In this document: piece by piece, positions 9,254 through 21,427 of the stretch
Layout: each line of letters begins with the position of its first letter
How positions within the stretch are numbered: the stretch's first letter is position 1
Assembly (NCBI GenBank): GCA_046563655.1
Contig: CM102287.1
Location: 2,976,001 to 3,040,000 of the forward strand
DNA: 64,000 nucleotides
Reading direction: 5' to 3'
Source: Yuukianura sp. NJ FZ-2021
Lineage: Eukaryota
Made by a program: the position numbers and the translations under genes
The notes under the pieces: generated by a model
Told to the model about the DNA's origin: nothing
What the model saw: the letters and a program-made list of their open reading frames with translations, nothing else
The model's database searches: none

Positions 9254-11016
9254 TCAAATGCAGTTTTGTTTCTTGAGGAAGTCAGTAAAGTAGGAAACTT
9301 GAGTGTAGACTCCTAAAGATCCAAAAATCACGATTACATCAAAATTTTGAAAACTATGTCATCGTTCTTTTTTAATTCAAATTTACCTGGATATTCTTTT
9401 CTGGCACATCTAAAGAAGTTGAAATTTTGAAAAAAGAAAGTTATGAAATTAAAAAAAAGTGTAACTAAAATTCTTAAAATCGAATCAATCGTTTTAGGCT
9501 AAATCTTACCCGTATCCCCATGAAACAATGCCAACCAACTTCCGCTCAGTTCCAGAACCAGCCACAAGTGGACCACCGCTGTCACCTATGTCAAGGTCAA
9601 GGTCAAAGGTCAAATTCAAGTCTGGATTTCAAACCTATAGTACTAATAGTAGTTTTTACCTTGACATGAATCCTTTCCACCCTGATCAGATCCTGCGCAG
9701 ATCATGGAATCAGCGATTTCCTTTTGTCCATACTTTGCTCGACACTCAGCGTCAGTAATAACAGGGACTTCCGTATACAGCAAATTGTCTGACAAATCAC
9801 CCATTTCCTCCATTGTTCCTGCAAAAAACATAATAAAATATGATAAAATATAGTATAAATATATGAATACATAAATATATTTAAAAGTATTTGAAGTTTC
9901 TCAACTTACCCCAACCAGAAACAGTGGTCAAAGTGCCTGCCGGTGTCTGGGCTTTGTCCTTGGCCACTGGAATAGCCTTAAGTTGGTCCGTGAAGGTGAC
10001 GAGGTTAACTAATTTAATAACTGCAATGTCATTGTACACAGTTGAAGAGTCGTAGGCTGGATTCACCGTGATTTCTTTCACTGCAAGTGCAGTGCCGTCC
10101 AGCGTCAAAGATCCACCTACAACAGACAGCGACCCGGCACTGCGACTACAAATACAAAAAAGTTAAAATTAAAAAAAAAATCGAAATTTTGACCTTGATT
10201 TTTAAATTTTTTGATTTTTGATAGGTTCATCCTCACCCTTCGGCACAGTGCTGTTTGAAAAATCAAAAAAGAAATTCAGTTATGATTTAATTACGAACAG
10301 ATCCGAATGATGAAAGCTCGACTCAAGTTAAATTCAATTGGAAGTTAAATGAAGTTAAAATCAGTTAAAAATCAGTTGAAAGTTAAATCAGTGGGTTAAA
10401 ATTAAGTCAAAATCAGTTAAAATTAAGTTGAGATCAGTTACAAAAGGTAGTCTAAATTATTGAAAATCAGTGAAATTAAAACTTACAGCAGCAGTAAATT
10501 CGGAGTTATGACATAACCTCTTACGCCATTTTAGTATAAATGGTCGCTCTAGCAACGTTGGCAGCAGTTACAACACAGTTACAAGTTAAATCAGTTAAAA
10601 TTAAGTTAAAATCAGTGGAAATAGGTTAAAATTAAGTTAAAATCAGTTAAAATAAGTTAAAATTGAACTTACACCAGCAGTTACAACACAGTTATGTGAA
10701 ACTAGAGTTCCGCCGCAGAAGTGATGATAGATTCCAGTGCTTTGTGATTTAGTTTGGAGCGATACTTGATACGGCAACTCTCCTTTTTTCGCAGCGATTC
10801 CACCCACGATTCTGTCACCATCCTGCGCATGGAATCTCAACTGAGTAGAAAGCGATTCTGGAAGGAAAGCTCCAAGTGCTGAAAAATGTTCAAATTTTGA
10901 AACGAACTGAAATTTTGAATGAAATTTTGAAAAATTAAGAATTTAAAATTCAACTGACCTAGTTGTGGCACAAACCAGAGCACACCCAAAACCAAAAACT
11001 TTACAAAATGTTGCAT
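9254..11016 (-). CDS. Trypsin-like serine protease (S1A), paralogue B
   Basis: Eight exons (11016-10959, 10878-10673, 10250-10237, 10145-9910, 9818-9660, 9585-9510, 9409-9387, 9312-9254) with the same intron positions as paralogue A. R|IVGG, FCGG, VTAG|HC, NDIAVI, KDSCQ|GDSGGPL, VSWGYG|CARKEYP|GVYTQV. Confidence 0.93.
10325..10668. repeat. Degenerate AT-rich ~10/20-bp repeat (AAATCAGTTA / AAATTAAGTT) filling trypsin B intron 2
   Basis: Many imperfect copies of aaatcagttaaaattaagtt. Confidence 0.75.
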
Positions 11017-12801
11017 GATGAGAAGAGAGATGCGTGGATTGAATTATTTTTTTTATAATTCTGAAATTTGATTAATGTCAAATGGAGAAGCAACGTAAAA
11101 TCTTCGAAAAAAAAACTTTCGAAAACTGGTTGAAACTTAAGAAAAAATGGAATGGTCACGAGAAGCTGCAGCAAAGATTAACGGCGAATATTGAAATGGA
11201 ACTTTTTTTTCAAACAAAAGTTCTACTTTGTTCTGAACAAAAGGAAAAATTCTAAAAACAAAAAATTCCCCAAAATTTTAAATTTAGAAAAGGATTTTCT
11301 GCTTTTTAGTACTAAAGGGAAAAGCAGTTTCAAACAAAAGGATTTCCGTCGCGTCGTTAAAACTTTTCAGACACACTGCACTTCAGTACAATTTTTGAAA
11401 TTTTAAAAAATGACTGTTCCTTTGTTCAAAATTTTGAATAGCGTCAGAAACCAAGACGTGTTTAATATCCATCATTTTTTGTAACACTTTTTCAACATTT
11501 TCTTTTAAGTTTACAACTAAATTTCTCAAGTTCTAAAAAGGTTTTTTGAAAAAATCTAAAGGGACTGTGTGTCATTTCTCTTAAACTAAACTCTGGGTTG
11601 ATCTTCATCTTTGCTTTTGGAAAATTTGACAAGTTTCATTTAGTAAATGCATCTTAATTAATATTAGGTTGAAAAAACTTAATTATAATAATATAATTAA
11701 TAATATTAATTATAATTAAAAATTATGTTGTAACAAACAGCCTTTGGACGACCATGGGGAGGAAGCAGCTTATACAAGATCAAAACTATACTTTTTTACA
11801 CTCAACAAAAAATATTTGAAAAACAAAACAAGAAAATGTGGCGAAAACCAAACGGAAGCTCCAGAACCCTCTACTTGATTTCTCTCTTTTAACTTTAAAT
11901 TAATATTAAATTTAAATTAACTTAATTAATTACAATTAATTTCTCATTAACTTTACACATCAGATAAAGCTTCCATGTTTTATTTTAAACCCGGACAAAG
12001 AAATTGACACCCAAACTTCAACGTTTTCTGGTCAACATAAAAGATAACGTGTACCCATCTAGTCAACAAATTCGGGTCAAAAAGTCAACATCAAGGGTTA
12101 ACAAATTCTGGGTTAACTTTAAACTTTTACCAACAAATTTGGGGTAAACTTGATGGTATTTTCTCAATTTCGGGTCAATTTTAGGGTTTAGGGTTAACTA
12201 ACCTTGATTTAGTCCAGGGTTATGAATTCCGCCCCACCTAGTGATAGAAAAATTAAAACTAATTTGTACAGTTTTCTTATAAAAAAAAACAAATAAATGT
12301 GGAACTTAAAATAATTCTGAGGACAATAAATTTAAGTTACTGTTAAATCATATGTATCTTTTTAACTGTAAATATTGCAACTGAGGATGGAACTTATAAT
12401 TATTATATAATTAATCATTAAATTAATTAATTAAACTTAATTCTGAAACCAGATTACTGAAATTTTAGTAGTTACTGCATAATTTGTGGTATGGAAAACA
12501 ATCCATTGTCAATTCTCTATCAAATGCAATCTCATGGCCACTCATTCAGTCTCACTTATAAACAACAAAAGCTTTCAACGCTCTCTCTAACACATCCTGG
12601 GTTAACTAACCGTTAAAGTTAGCTTAATTAAGCCTAACGTTAACACTACTTTAAGTTAACATACGGAAGATTTTTGTTTTACAATTTACAATTAACCCAT
12701 TAAGCCTAACCATTTAAAACCCCTAATTCCCATTGCTGCTAAAACTTAATTTGTTTTGCCAAAAAAATTGAGAACGTTCTTCATCAAGTAAACGGGTTTT
12801 A

Positions 12802-13058
12802 CAGTCCGTTTCAAACTTTTACTCCGCGAGGGGGCGGAGCTTACCATCCTAAATGGGCTAAGAAACCCAAATGGGTTAATGGGCGAAGAAACCCAAATGG
12901 TTAATGGGTTAACTACCCCAAATGGGTTAACCATCTCAGATCTCAGATGGGTTAACTGCCCCAAACGGGTCAACTACCCGAATGGGGTTATTCACGTGGT
13001 TCTTTAGCCCAGTTCTAAGCCCCGCCCCCTCAAGAGTCGCAAAGTTTGGAACAGACTA
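12802..13058. mobile_element. Non-autonomous DNA transposon (MITE), Tc1/mariner-type by its TA flanks
   Basis: Left end TA|CAGTCCGTTTCAAACTTT...GAGGGGGCGGAGCTTA matches the reverse complement of the right end, TA|TAGTCTGTTCCAAACTTT...GAGGGGGCGGGGCTTA (imperfect TIRs of about 60 bp). TA on both flanks; internal CCCAAATGGGTTAA repeats; no transposase. Confidence 0.75.
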
Positions 13059-13196
13059 TAGAGCTGAGTTGTGTCTAAAGTTTCCGTAAGTTTTACGCTC
13101 TTAAGTTATGCCCTGGAGGGTTCTAAAACCTTAACTTTTAAGAGGTGAGGAGAGGGGGTTTCCCCCCTCAAAAAAAGCCCTCTGCGTAAAAAAAAC

Positions 13197-15683
13197 TCAT
13201 AATTCTAGTCGACTGATGATGTCTTTCACACGGTTTAGGAATGGAGCAAAGTGGACTGAGTTCGCCTCCTGCATCGCCTTCACTTCATTCATGTACTTGT
13301 CAATTGTATGTATATTCGGTGGTTCATGACTGCCAGGAAGCGGGAGCGTTGCAAAACTCTGGGCCAAAACACTTCTCAGCCTGTTTAGGTTTTGACTCAA
13401 CATTTCATTCTGCACTTTCTGTTGACGCATTTCGTGTTCCATTCGCTCAATCTCTGCTTGCATTTGTTCAACATGCTTCTGGAGAGTTGCATTTTGTTCT
13501 TCCAGTTCCGCTGCCGTTTTGCGAAGAGCTTTCAACTCCAATTCACGGGCTGGACAAATCATCATCATCAGAGTGAGAGCAAGAAAAAAGAACACAAAAA
13601 AATATTGATTAGGCACTTTTCTCCTCCAAACGACTTTCTTTTTGAGCAATAACAATATTTTATGACTGTCCAAAATGGTATAGGGGCTCAAGAAATTTTG
13701 GTTTTAGGTTTTCGAAATTGCACTTTTCGCTTGAGTTGAAAATCTTCAGCTCGCCTCGGTGAGCAGAAAGGAAACGACAAAAAAAATTAAGGAAATGGAA
13801 AAAGCCTGTTTAATTAAAAACCTTTGTTTAATTTCCTATTCACACGGCACGACGACGCTTTCTGAAAAATAGAGCGAACGCAAATTTGCGAACGAAAAAA
13901 AAATGACAAAGAATTTAAGTTGTGAATTTCGGATTTTTTTTAGAACAAAGGAAGTGTGAAACAAAAACGTTCATTCAATTAGTTCCTCAGTTCTGGTGCC
14001 AAAAAACACAAAATCAAAATTTTTGTTCGAAATTTAAAAAGTAGCTCATGCCAAAATTTAAAACAAAACAAGTCGTTCTTTTCAAAATCCAAAGTGCTAG
14101 ACCATTCAAACAAAAAAATGTCATGCCCGCGTGACAATGAAGGAAAAATATTTGCGATTTAAGTTATTACTATACAAAGTGAAAGTCTTTCCAAGTTATT
14201 TCAAAAGTGGGGTAAATACAAAGTTTGAAAATTTTTTCAAACAAAACGGAAAATTTTGAATATAAACCGAAAACTTTGAATTTTCAAAATGTAAGAGATC
14301 CAATTTCTTGAGCCCTTCACACCAATATTCTAAAAATTATAACTTTTTAGTTTGAAAAACGATATTGCAAAGTAAATGGGATGATAAGCAAACGAACCTT
14401 TTGTATGGTCGAGAAATTCCTCTGTAAATATGGGGATTTCCATACCCGTATTGTCATGGTTCATGTGGGTAGCACGGTTGAGCATGCTCATGCCACTGCT
14501 TCCAGGAAGATTCCCAATTGTTACAACAGTATGAGTTCCTATGCCAAATGAACTATTGGCTCCAGAAATATTCATGTCCAGAGGACTACTCTGCTGTTGA
14601 GCTGCTCCAGCATGAATCACTTGATTCTTCTTCTTCCGCTTAGCAGAAGACTTGAAGTTATCCGTTTTCTTGAAAGCGCTCATCTCCCGCTCATAGTTCT
14701 GTTTGTCCATCTCAGCTGAATCCAAGTATTTCTAAAAAAACGTTTTTCAAATAGAGTTATACACAAATAAACACTGCTCATTTAGTATAGTAAACGTTTT
14801 CGACCAATCAGCGATCTCCTGCAGTGATTCCCGCCAAATTTCAAACGTTTTACCTGCTTGGTTTCTCGATCCATGTTGTTCCATTCCTGGGCCAATTGTC
14901 GAATAATCTCATAGAAAGGCATCTCCGGGTACATGGATCGTAACTGGTCACGTCGCTCTCTCATGTAAACGTAGTAGCCTAGAAAAAAAAACGTTTTTTA
15001 GCAATTTCAAAACGTTTTTCAAAAATGTTCGATTTCTGAATGTTCTGATCTTGAACCTGAGAATCTACGCTGCTTTGGAGTGTTTGGATCTGGTTTTTTG
15101 TAGACTTTTTTGCGTGGCCAAGTTTTCTTCTTGACAGGAGGTGGATCTCTTTGCTGGAGTGTGCCTGCCTCAGTCTTGACCTCAATGACCCCTTGGAAGC
15201 CGTGACCAAGTCCAGATGCACCGTCGGAACTGCTGCCCCCACCTTGGCTCGAACTCCCGCCACCAGAATTGACTTGACTCTGAGATTGATTCGGATGGGC
15301 TGGAGGTGGTTGCTGCTGCTGAGCGGACATATTGCTGGGAGTCTCATTGTGATGCTGCTGCTGCTGAGCATTATGTTGTTGTTGTTGTTGCAGTTGCTGC
15401 TGTTGTTGTTGCTGTTGCTGCTGCTGGGACTGGGGAGGCATCATGTTCTGCTGGATGGTGTAGGGCTGATGATAGCCATTGGGATTCATCGACATGTCCA
15501 TTATGGGTGCATTAATGTTCATGCTGTTCAAGGTACACAATCCCCCTCTCCCTCTGCAAAAAATCCAAAAAGTACATTTTAGACTTGGAATTTCGAAAAA
15601 AGTTATGAAAAGTTAAATTACCCTGAATGATCATACAACATTTCATCAAACCTTGGAACTTTTCGAAATGGACCAACAACCAT
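13197..15683 (-). CDS. HMG20A: High mobility group protein 20A/B-like (BRAF35/iBRAF family) with polyQ N-terminus
   Basis: Exons 15683-15622, 15553-15057, 14978-14854, 14731-14398 and 13549-13197. HMG box DPNTPKQ...GYYVYMRERRDQLR...PFYEIIRQLAQEWNNMDRETKQ|KYLDSAEMDKQNYEREM, the HMG20 signature IPIFTEEFLDHTK|ARELELKALRK, a coiled coil and LPLPGSHEPP. The start codon is uncertain (in-frame ATGs at 15683, 15641 and 15522); A versus B orthology cannot be resolved. Confidence 0.9.
15351..15426 (-). repeat. CAG/CAA coding microsatellite (polyglutamine) in the HMG20 N-terminus
   Basis: Encodes QQQQQQQQQQQLQQQQQHNAQQQQ. Confidence 0.9.
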
Positions 15684-16768
15684 TTAGCAAAAATTAATCT
15701 CGAGCTATAAGCTATCAAAATCCCTCTCAAACCTGTCACTTTCTGTCCGTCTAGTTCGTCTTCTTCGTCACTGGCAGTCAACTAAACTTTGTGTGTAAAA
15801 ACTTCAATCAATCACAGTAATCGTCACTTTAACAACTCTCAGTCAGGATAAAGTGGAGGGAGTAACTATTCAACTTTTCTTTTATATTGGACTATCAAAA
15901 TACGTCACCCTCCCACCAACCCCAGCTTGAAAACGTTCTCTTGTCCACGTAATACAATCCCTGCCCTGACACTGATACCTTTGACGGACGGTCACAGCAT
16001 GACCTGTCAAGTACCCCACGTCTGCCCTCCGCATGGCAGGTGAGCTAAAAAGTAAATGACACTTTTTCCTATCGTACTGGAAACTGGACTACTGGACATC
16101 CAGCACAGCGTGATGCACGCATCCGAAATTGCATTTAAAAAATCCCTGTCCAGAAAATTCATTCATTCCGTTCATTCTGTCATGCAATTTAAAATGTACT
16201 GACATTGAGCTGGTCCTGACCTTGGAGAAGACGTTACACGATTGCCAGTCGTCAGTCACCTTCTTGAAGAACAGGAAACGTTCCTGGGCAGGACGAAACG
16301 ACGAGGTGACGATTACCGGAAGTTCGGAGTAAATTTGCGCCTGGATTTGGGGCTCTAGGACGAAGCCACTTTGGAGTCCATTATCCAGGGCGGGGGCAAA
16401 GGTCACAGAGGTCACTTTTCGTGGAATCGGTGACTGTTGAGCTATTGTTGGTTTAAAACGTGGTTGATAAAAATAGGACAACAACAATGGACTATGTTAT
16501 TAAAGTGTGTTCTTTTAGATATGGTGGCTATAGGAGCTATGCATGCCTCTATAATGGCTGCTGTCTCTCAAAAGCCTAAAGAATATGGAGACAAAATAAC
16601 AAAAACACCAACACTACCCACCCACCCACTCGCTGGCCCCTCCGGATGGTCCCCGCAAAAATCAGGGCCGTACCACACTCATCATGTGCCTAATTTACAT
16701 GTTGACAAAGTTAGCCACAAAATAGTTGTGTTTTACTTCTTCGTGTCAAGCAAATTTTCTGATACCCA

Positions 16769-17012
16769 AGGGACTTAGCAAGGTCTCGTTCACAGTAAAA
16801 ATTTTTATAGTCAGGGGACTTACCAAGGTCTCGTTCACAGTAAAAATTTTTATAGTCAGGGGACTTAGCAAGGTCTCGTTCACAGTAAAATTTTTCATAG
16901 TCAGGGGACTTAGCAAGGTCTCGTTCACAGTAAAATTTTTCATAGTCAGGGTAGTTAGCAAGGTCTCGTTCACAGTAAAAATTTTCACAGTCAGGGGACT
17001 TAGCAAGGTCTC
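16769..17012. repeat. 45-bp minisatellite, five full copies plus a partial copy
   Basis: Unit GGGACTTAGCAAGGTCTCGTTCACAGTAAAAATTTTTATAGTCAG; AAGGTCTC recurs at 16780, 16825, 16870, 16915, 16960 and 17005. Confidence 0.95.
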
Positions 17013-18290
17013 TGAGGCCCGATTTCCGCTTGTACTAGCCGGCCCTGATGCTAATTGCCTCATGGCTTCACCGTGTGAGTGGAAGCGTCTATGGTGAGCT
17101 ACACCCTTTTCTTCATTGATCCAATTTTGAAAATGGTTATAGCGTCGTCTACACCCTAAAAAGCCCGCGCTTATCCATATCCCGAACATAAACATGGAAC
17201 AATATGCAATATAAACTATAACACCATAATATAACCATTACATAACATAACAAAATATATTCATAGCATCATAGCTGCATTCCAGCAGGTGAAACTGCAT
17301 GACAGCTCCAATTTGCAAACACTTAACAGCCAATTAATTGACAACTTAAATTCCTGCACTTATTCTTCTCACTTTTAGTGGCCCTAGATCTTAATCCACA
17401 ATTTGAAATTTCCAAATCACTGCATTGCCTTCTCTTATTGTGTGCAAAATTTTGCTAAAAACTGACCTACCTCAAACTCTCTCTTTTATCACACATCTCC
17501 ACTTTAGCAAAAAAAAATTGCAATTTTTTTAAACGCAGTTTTTTAGTTTTACGCAAACTTTTTTTTGAAAATTGAGTGATCTGTAGAATAGGAAGTTGAA
17601 CTTCAACTTTTGTTTTTTGCAAAAATCTTCCCAACTTGTCTTCACACCTTGAGATCCAAACACACGTGACCCAAATTCTTAATTAACTTTCACTTCTTGG
17701 CCTAATTAACTTCCACTTCTCAAAATTCAAAAATTCTCTTTCGTATTGCAAAAAATTTCAATTTTTATGGAAAACATTAATCGCCAACTTCAAAATTTCG
17801 AAAACTCAAAGGTAATCCAAAACAAACCTGCAGAACAACTTTAAATTAGAGAAAACAGAATTTATTTCCCTGTGCAACTGCTAAGCTCGTCTTTTTCGTA
17901 GACTCTAAAAGTAATTGCATTTACAATTAAAACTAAAATTAAGTTAATTGGGGAACACGAGCTTCTAGGTGTGAAAAATCACACTTCGACGCACTTAAAA
18001 ATCAAAGTGTTTAGAGAGTAATCAAATTAAAAGTTAAAACTAAAATTAAAAGACAAGAGTTGCATTGAGGAATAAACTTACGTATTTTTGATATAAATTA
18101 TGAAATGCGGTTAGGTGAATTTTTTAGATGAGCTTTTTCTATTGCATTCGTGAGTTCTTTCTACTATTTTTTGGATTTGCAATGATCCGTACACGGTTTT
18201 ACACCGTACTTTTTATGTTTATGGCAAGTTATGTTGTTGTAGCACTCCGTTTTTGATTGTCTCCAGGTCAAAGGTCAAGAGAGTTCAGCT

Positions 18291-21200
18291 TCAGTCTTTT
18301 TCCTTGTCCTTGTCTTTCGTCAGTTGAACATTCCATGCACAGACGACTCGGTCGAATCCAGAAGTGAACAAGTTGCATTTCGGATCGTCCAGCCAAGTTG
18401 AGGAAGTTACCATTCGACGATGTCCCTTTTAAAAAAAACAAGTTTTCCAAAATGTTTACCAAAAGAGTTTTCAAACATGTTAAAAAGTGGAGTTTTAAAA
18501 AGTTAACCTGTCGATTTGAGCGAGGCAGACGAGCAACGCGTTGTCCAGCTAAATCAAAAATCCGAACATGTCTGTCATCATGTGGAACCGCAATTAAGCC
18601 GGAACTGGACAGCGAAATCCGATTCACTGCCGAATCCAACCGAATCGTAACGAGCGAGGCTCGCATCTAAAAATTCGAAGTTTAAAAACTCAAAATTCAG
18701 AATTTCAAAAATTTTCTCAAAAGTCTGTTCTAGAAATCAAACGTCAAACTTACGTTTCGAATGTCCCAGACTTTAACAGTTCTGTCATCTGATCCAGAAA
18801 CGAGTTTCTCTTCTTTCGTGAACGCAGCACTCGTGATGTTGCTAAAAACCAAAGCAAAATTAACATTCATTCCAACTTTCTTTGTGTTTCTGAAATCCCA
18901 GAATTTCAAAAGCCAATTGGATAACTTACTCCGTGTGTCCTTGAAATACTGACACAGAATGACACGGACTTCGCATGTCCCACCTAGAACAACCGAAATT
19001 AAAAAAAAATGATTTTGATTTTTTTGTTGAAAATTTCTGAAATTTTACATTCGAAATGTGCAATCCTTGGATGTCGTAACGACCAGTTTCTGAATGGGGT
19101 GTGTCGTGGCATAGCTGAGTTCTTGATCATGACCAGAAAAAGTTTGGAGTCGTTCTCCTGTCTGTGTGTCCCACAAAGACGCTGTTCGATCCCACGACGC
19201 TGTGATCAGTTGCTCCCCACCTACAAAGTTAATTTCAATTATCAATTGATTAATTAAAGTTAACAATTAATGTGGACTTACCCGCCAACCAATCAGCAGC
19301 GATCACCACCGATGTATGTCCACTCAAAACGTGAGACGGAGTACGCAGAGTTGCTGCCAGTCCAATCGGCCCATCAACTCCATCGTCGTACTCTTCTTTT
19401 TCTGATGACTCAATTTCTTCTTCTGATGAAACGCCACGTTGGGCCTGCAAAAATATCAACACTATTCAAAATTTTCGAACCAATTTTGAAATTTTGAGTT
19501 TTGAATCAAATGCTACCATTTGCTCCCATGCTACTGATGCTTGCCAGATATGAGCAGTGTTGTCTCCTGAAGCAGTTAAAGCCAATTCACGAGTGGGATG
19601 AAATCGAATTGAATTGACTGACCCCGTGTGACCTTGGTATCGCAACAAGCAGCGACCGGACTCCACTGCCCAAACACCTAAAAAAAATCAATTAACGAAC
19701 GTTAAATTAACCAATTACTTTTAGTCAATCAACAATTAAGCTCAATTAATCATCACCTGCTTTATGATCTGCCGATGCCGTACCGATGACGGGAATTCCC
19801 AGAGCAGATTTTGAAGCTGGAATGTTCAAAACACAAAGATTAAATTAAAGCAACCTTTCCAAAATTTCAGTTTCTTAGAAAAATTTTGAAAATTTTTTGA
19901 AATGGCGACGTTACATGCAATGTCCCAGATTCCGTCTTTGTGTCCAGCAAATTCCTTTTGAAGTCGACATGAAACCGTGTTCGTTTTGAAACTGGACACG
20001 ATTCGGTTCGTCTGGGCTTTCAAGCGTAGAGCCACTTTTTGCTGACCTGGAATTCCACTGACTGCAGGAAACAATTGACTCGTGAATCTTTAAGTATTAC
20101 TAAAAAGTGCACTTTTAAGCTGACCTTTGCCCTTGGCTGTTTTGCCACTACTTGGATGAATGTCTCCCGATGGACCATCTACTCCATCAAAAGAAACAAA
20201 AGGCTGAAACGACTTGTCAATCGGAGTAGTGCCAGCGCCAGTATAAACTGAGTTCTCTCGGTATTCAAGCAAAGTCTGATCCAACTTCTGACGTACTGAA
20301 AACGACATCAGAATTAATCAAACTAACTAATTAACTAATTAACTAAAACTTACGAGACATGTTCTCGAGGTATATCGTTTCAAACTCTTTTTCAATTTGG
20401 TTGAACAGGTCGTTCAGACGATTCTGAAGATCCGGTGGGAGTTGGGAGTCTCCTTTCTCTGGAAATTGAAATCCAAAGATAAATCAACACTTAATTAAGT
20501 TAGTTAAAGAATCGCTAAAGTATGATTTTCTACTCATGCTAGAACGTTTCCGCAACGATTTTTTGTAAGGAACGTCGTGCTGCAGTGGCATTCTTGATTT
20601 GACACTGTTGTTGTAGATGTAGGGTAATGGCGGCTCCAGAGGATTTCCTGGACAAACAAAAAACACACAAAAGTTTCCTTCTTTTAATTAAGAAACCAAT
20701 AATTAATATTTTTAGATAAGCTGTTAATTGATTTACCAACGTCGTCGTAGTCGTAGGGCGACAGCTGATCCGAGTCGAATTGATCTACAAAGCAAAGTAA
20801 TTGTAGTCATTTCAAGTTGTAAAAATGAAGTAAACAAGTATTAATTAACCAACCTTTAACGATTAACCTAAAAATTTAATTTTCTAAACTGAAAACTTCA
20901 ACTTGTCGTCCTTAGGCTCCGAGCAGTAGTCTAGTGGGTGACTCTTTTTCGTTAAATTTAATTATTTACACATTGAGTTTATGAACTCAAGCAATTAATC
21001 TAAAATTAGCACACTCCATACGTTCCACTACATTGAAAGGAAAACACAACAAACATGACATTGGTGACACTTTCGCTTTCTAACAAGAAAACAAGATTCG
21101 CATATTAAAATTGAGATTTTTTGTTGAATTATTTTTGTTTGCAAAATTTGAATTTTTTTGGAGATGAGTTTTTCCCGCCAGAAACAACTGATAACAGAAA

Positions 21201-21427
21201 TGGGCGGGAAATGGAAGACAGACGCGTTTTTTGAAAAAATAAAACCGAAAAAGTCGATTTTCATACGATTTTATACAACTTTTGACCACTAAATTAATTA
21301 ATTGGCACCACTTTTAACGAAGATGACTCAACTTACAGTTGATGACATGGGGGTTGCCAGTGTAGGTCATCAAGTCAGAATTACTACGTTTTCTTGCCGC
21401 TGCTGCTACACCTTGTTTCCATTCCAT
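18291..21427 (-). CDS. WDR37: WD repeat-containing protein 37
   Basis: Multi-exon gene. [33 protein letters not shown] matches the WDR37 N-terminal coiled coil. Also [130 protein letters not shown]. The 5' exons (21427-21337, 20784-20737, 20647-20534) are less certain. Confidence 0.93.

Noticed and set aside
7437..11016. Trypsins appearing to lack the catalytic His in the ORF track (possible pseudogenes or inactive homologues)
   Set aside because: The His-Cys codons are present on microexons that restore frame, and the triad is intact.
15151..15582. Plus-strand ORF with a poly-Leu 'transmembrane' stretch
   Set aside because: It is the antisense reading of the HMG20 polyQ (CAG/CAA) exon.
16089..16778. 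ORFs of 67-132 aa in the compositionally distinct block upstream of HMG20
   Set aside because: No transposase, reverse-transcriptase or other motif was recognisable, and no coherent exon chain could be built.
16769..17012. Regularly spaced repeats resembling a CRISPR array, with repetitive ORFs on both strands (16726-17097, 16746-17195)
   Set aside because: The units are contiguous near-identical 45-mers with no unique spacers, there are no cas genes, and the context is eukaryotic. The ORFs stay open only because 45 is a multiple of 3.
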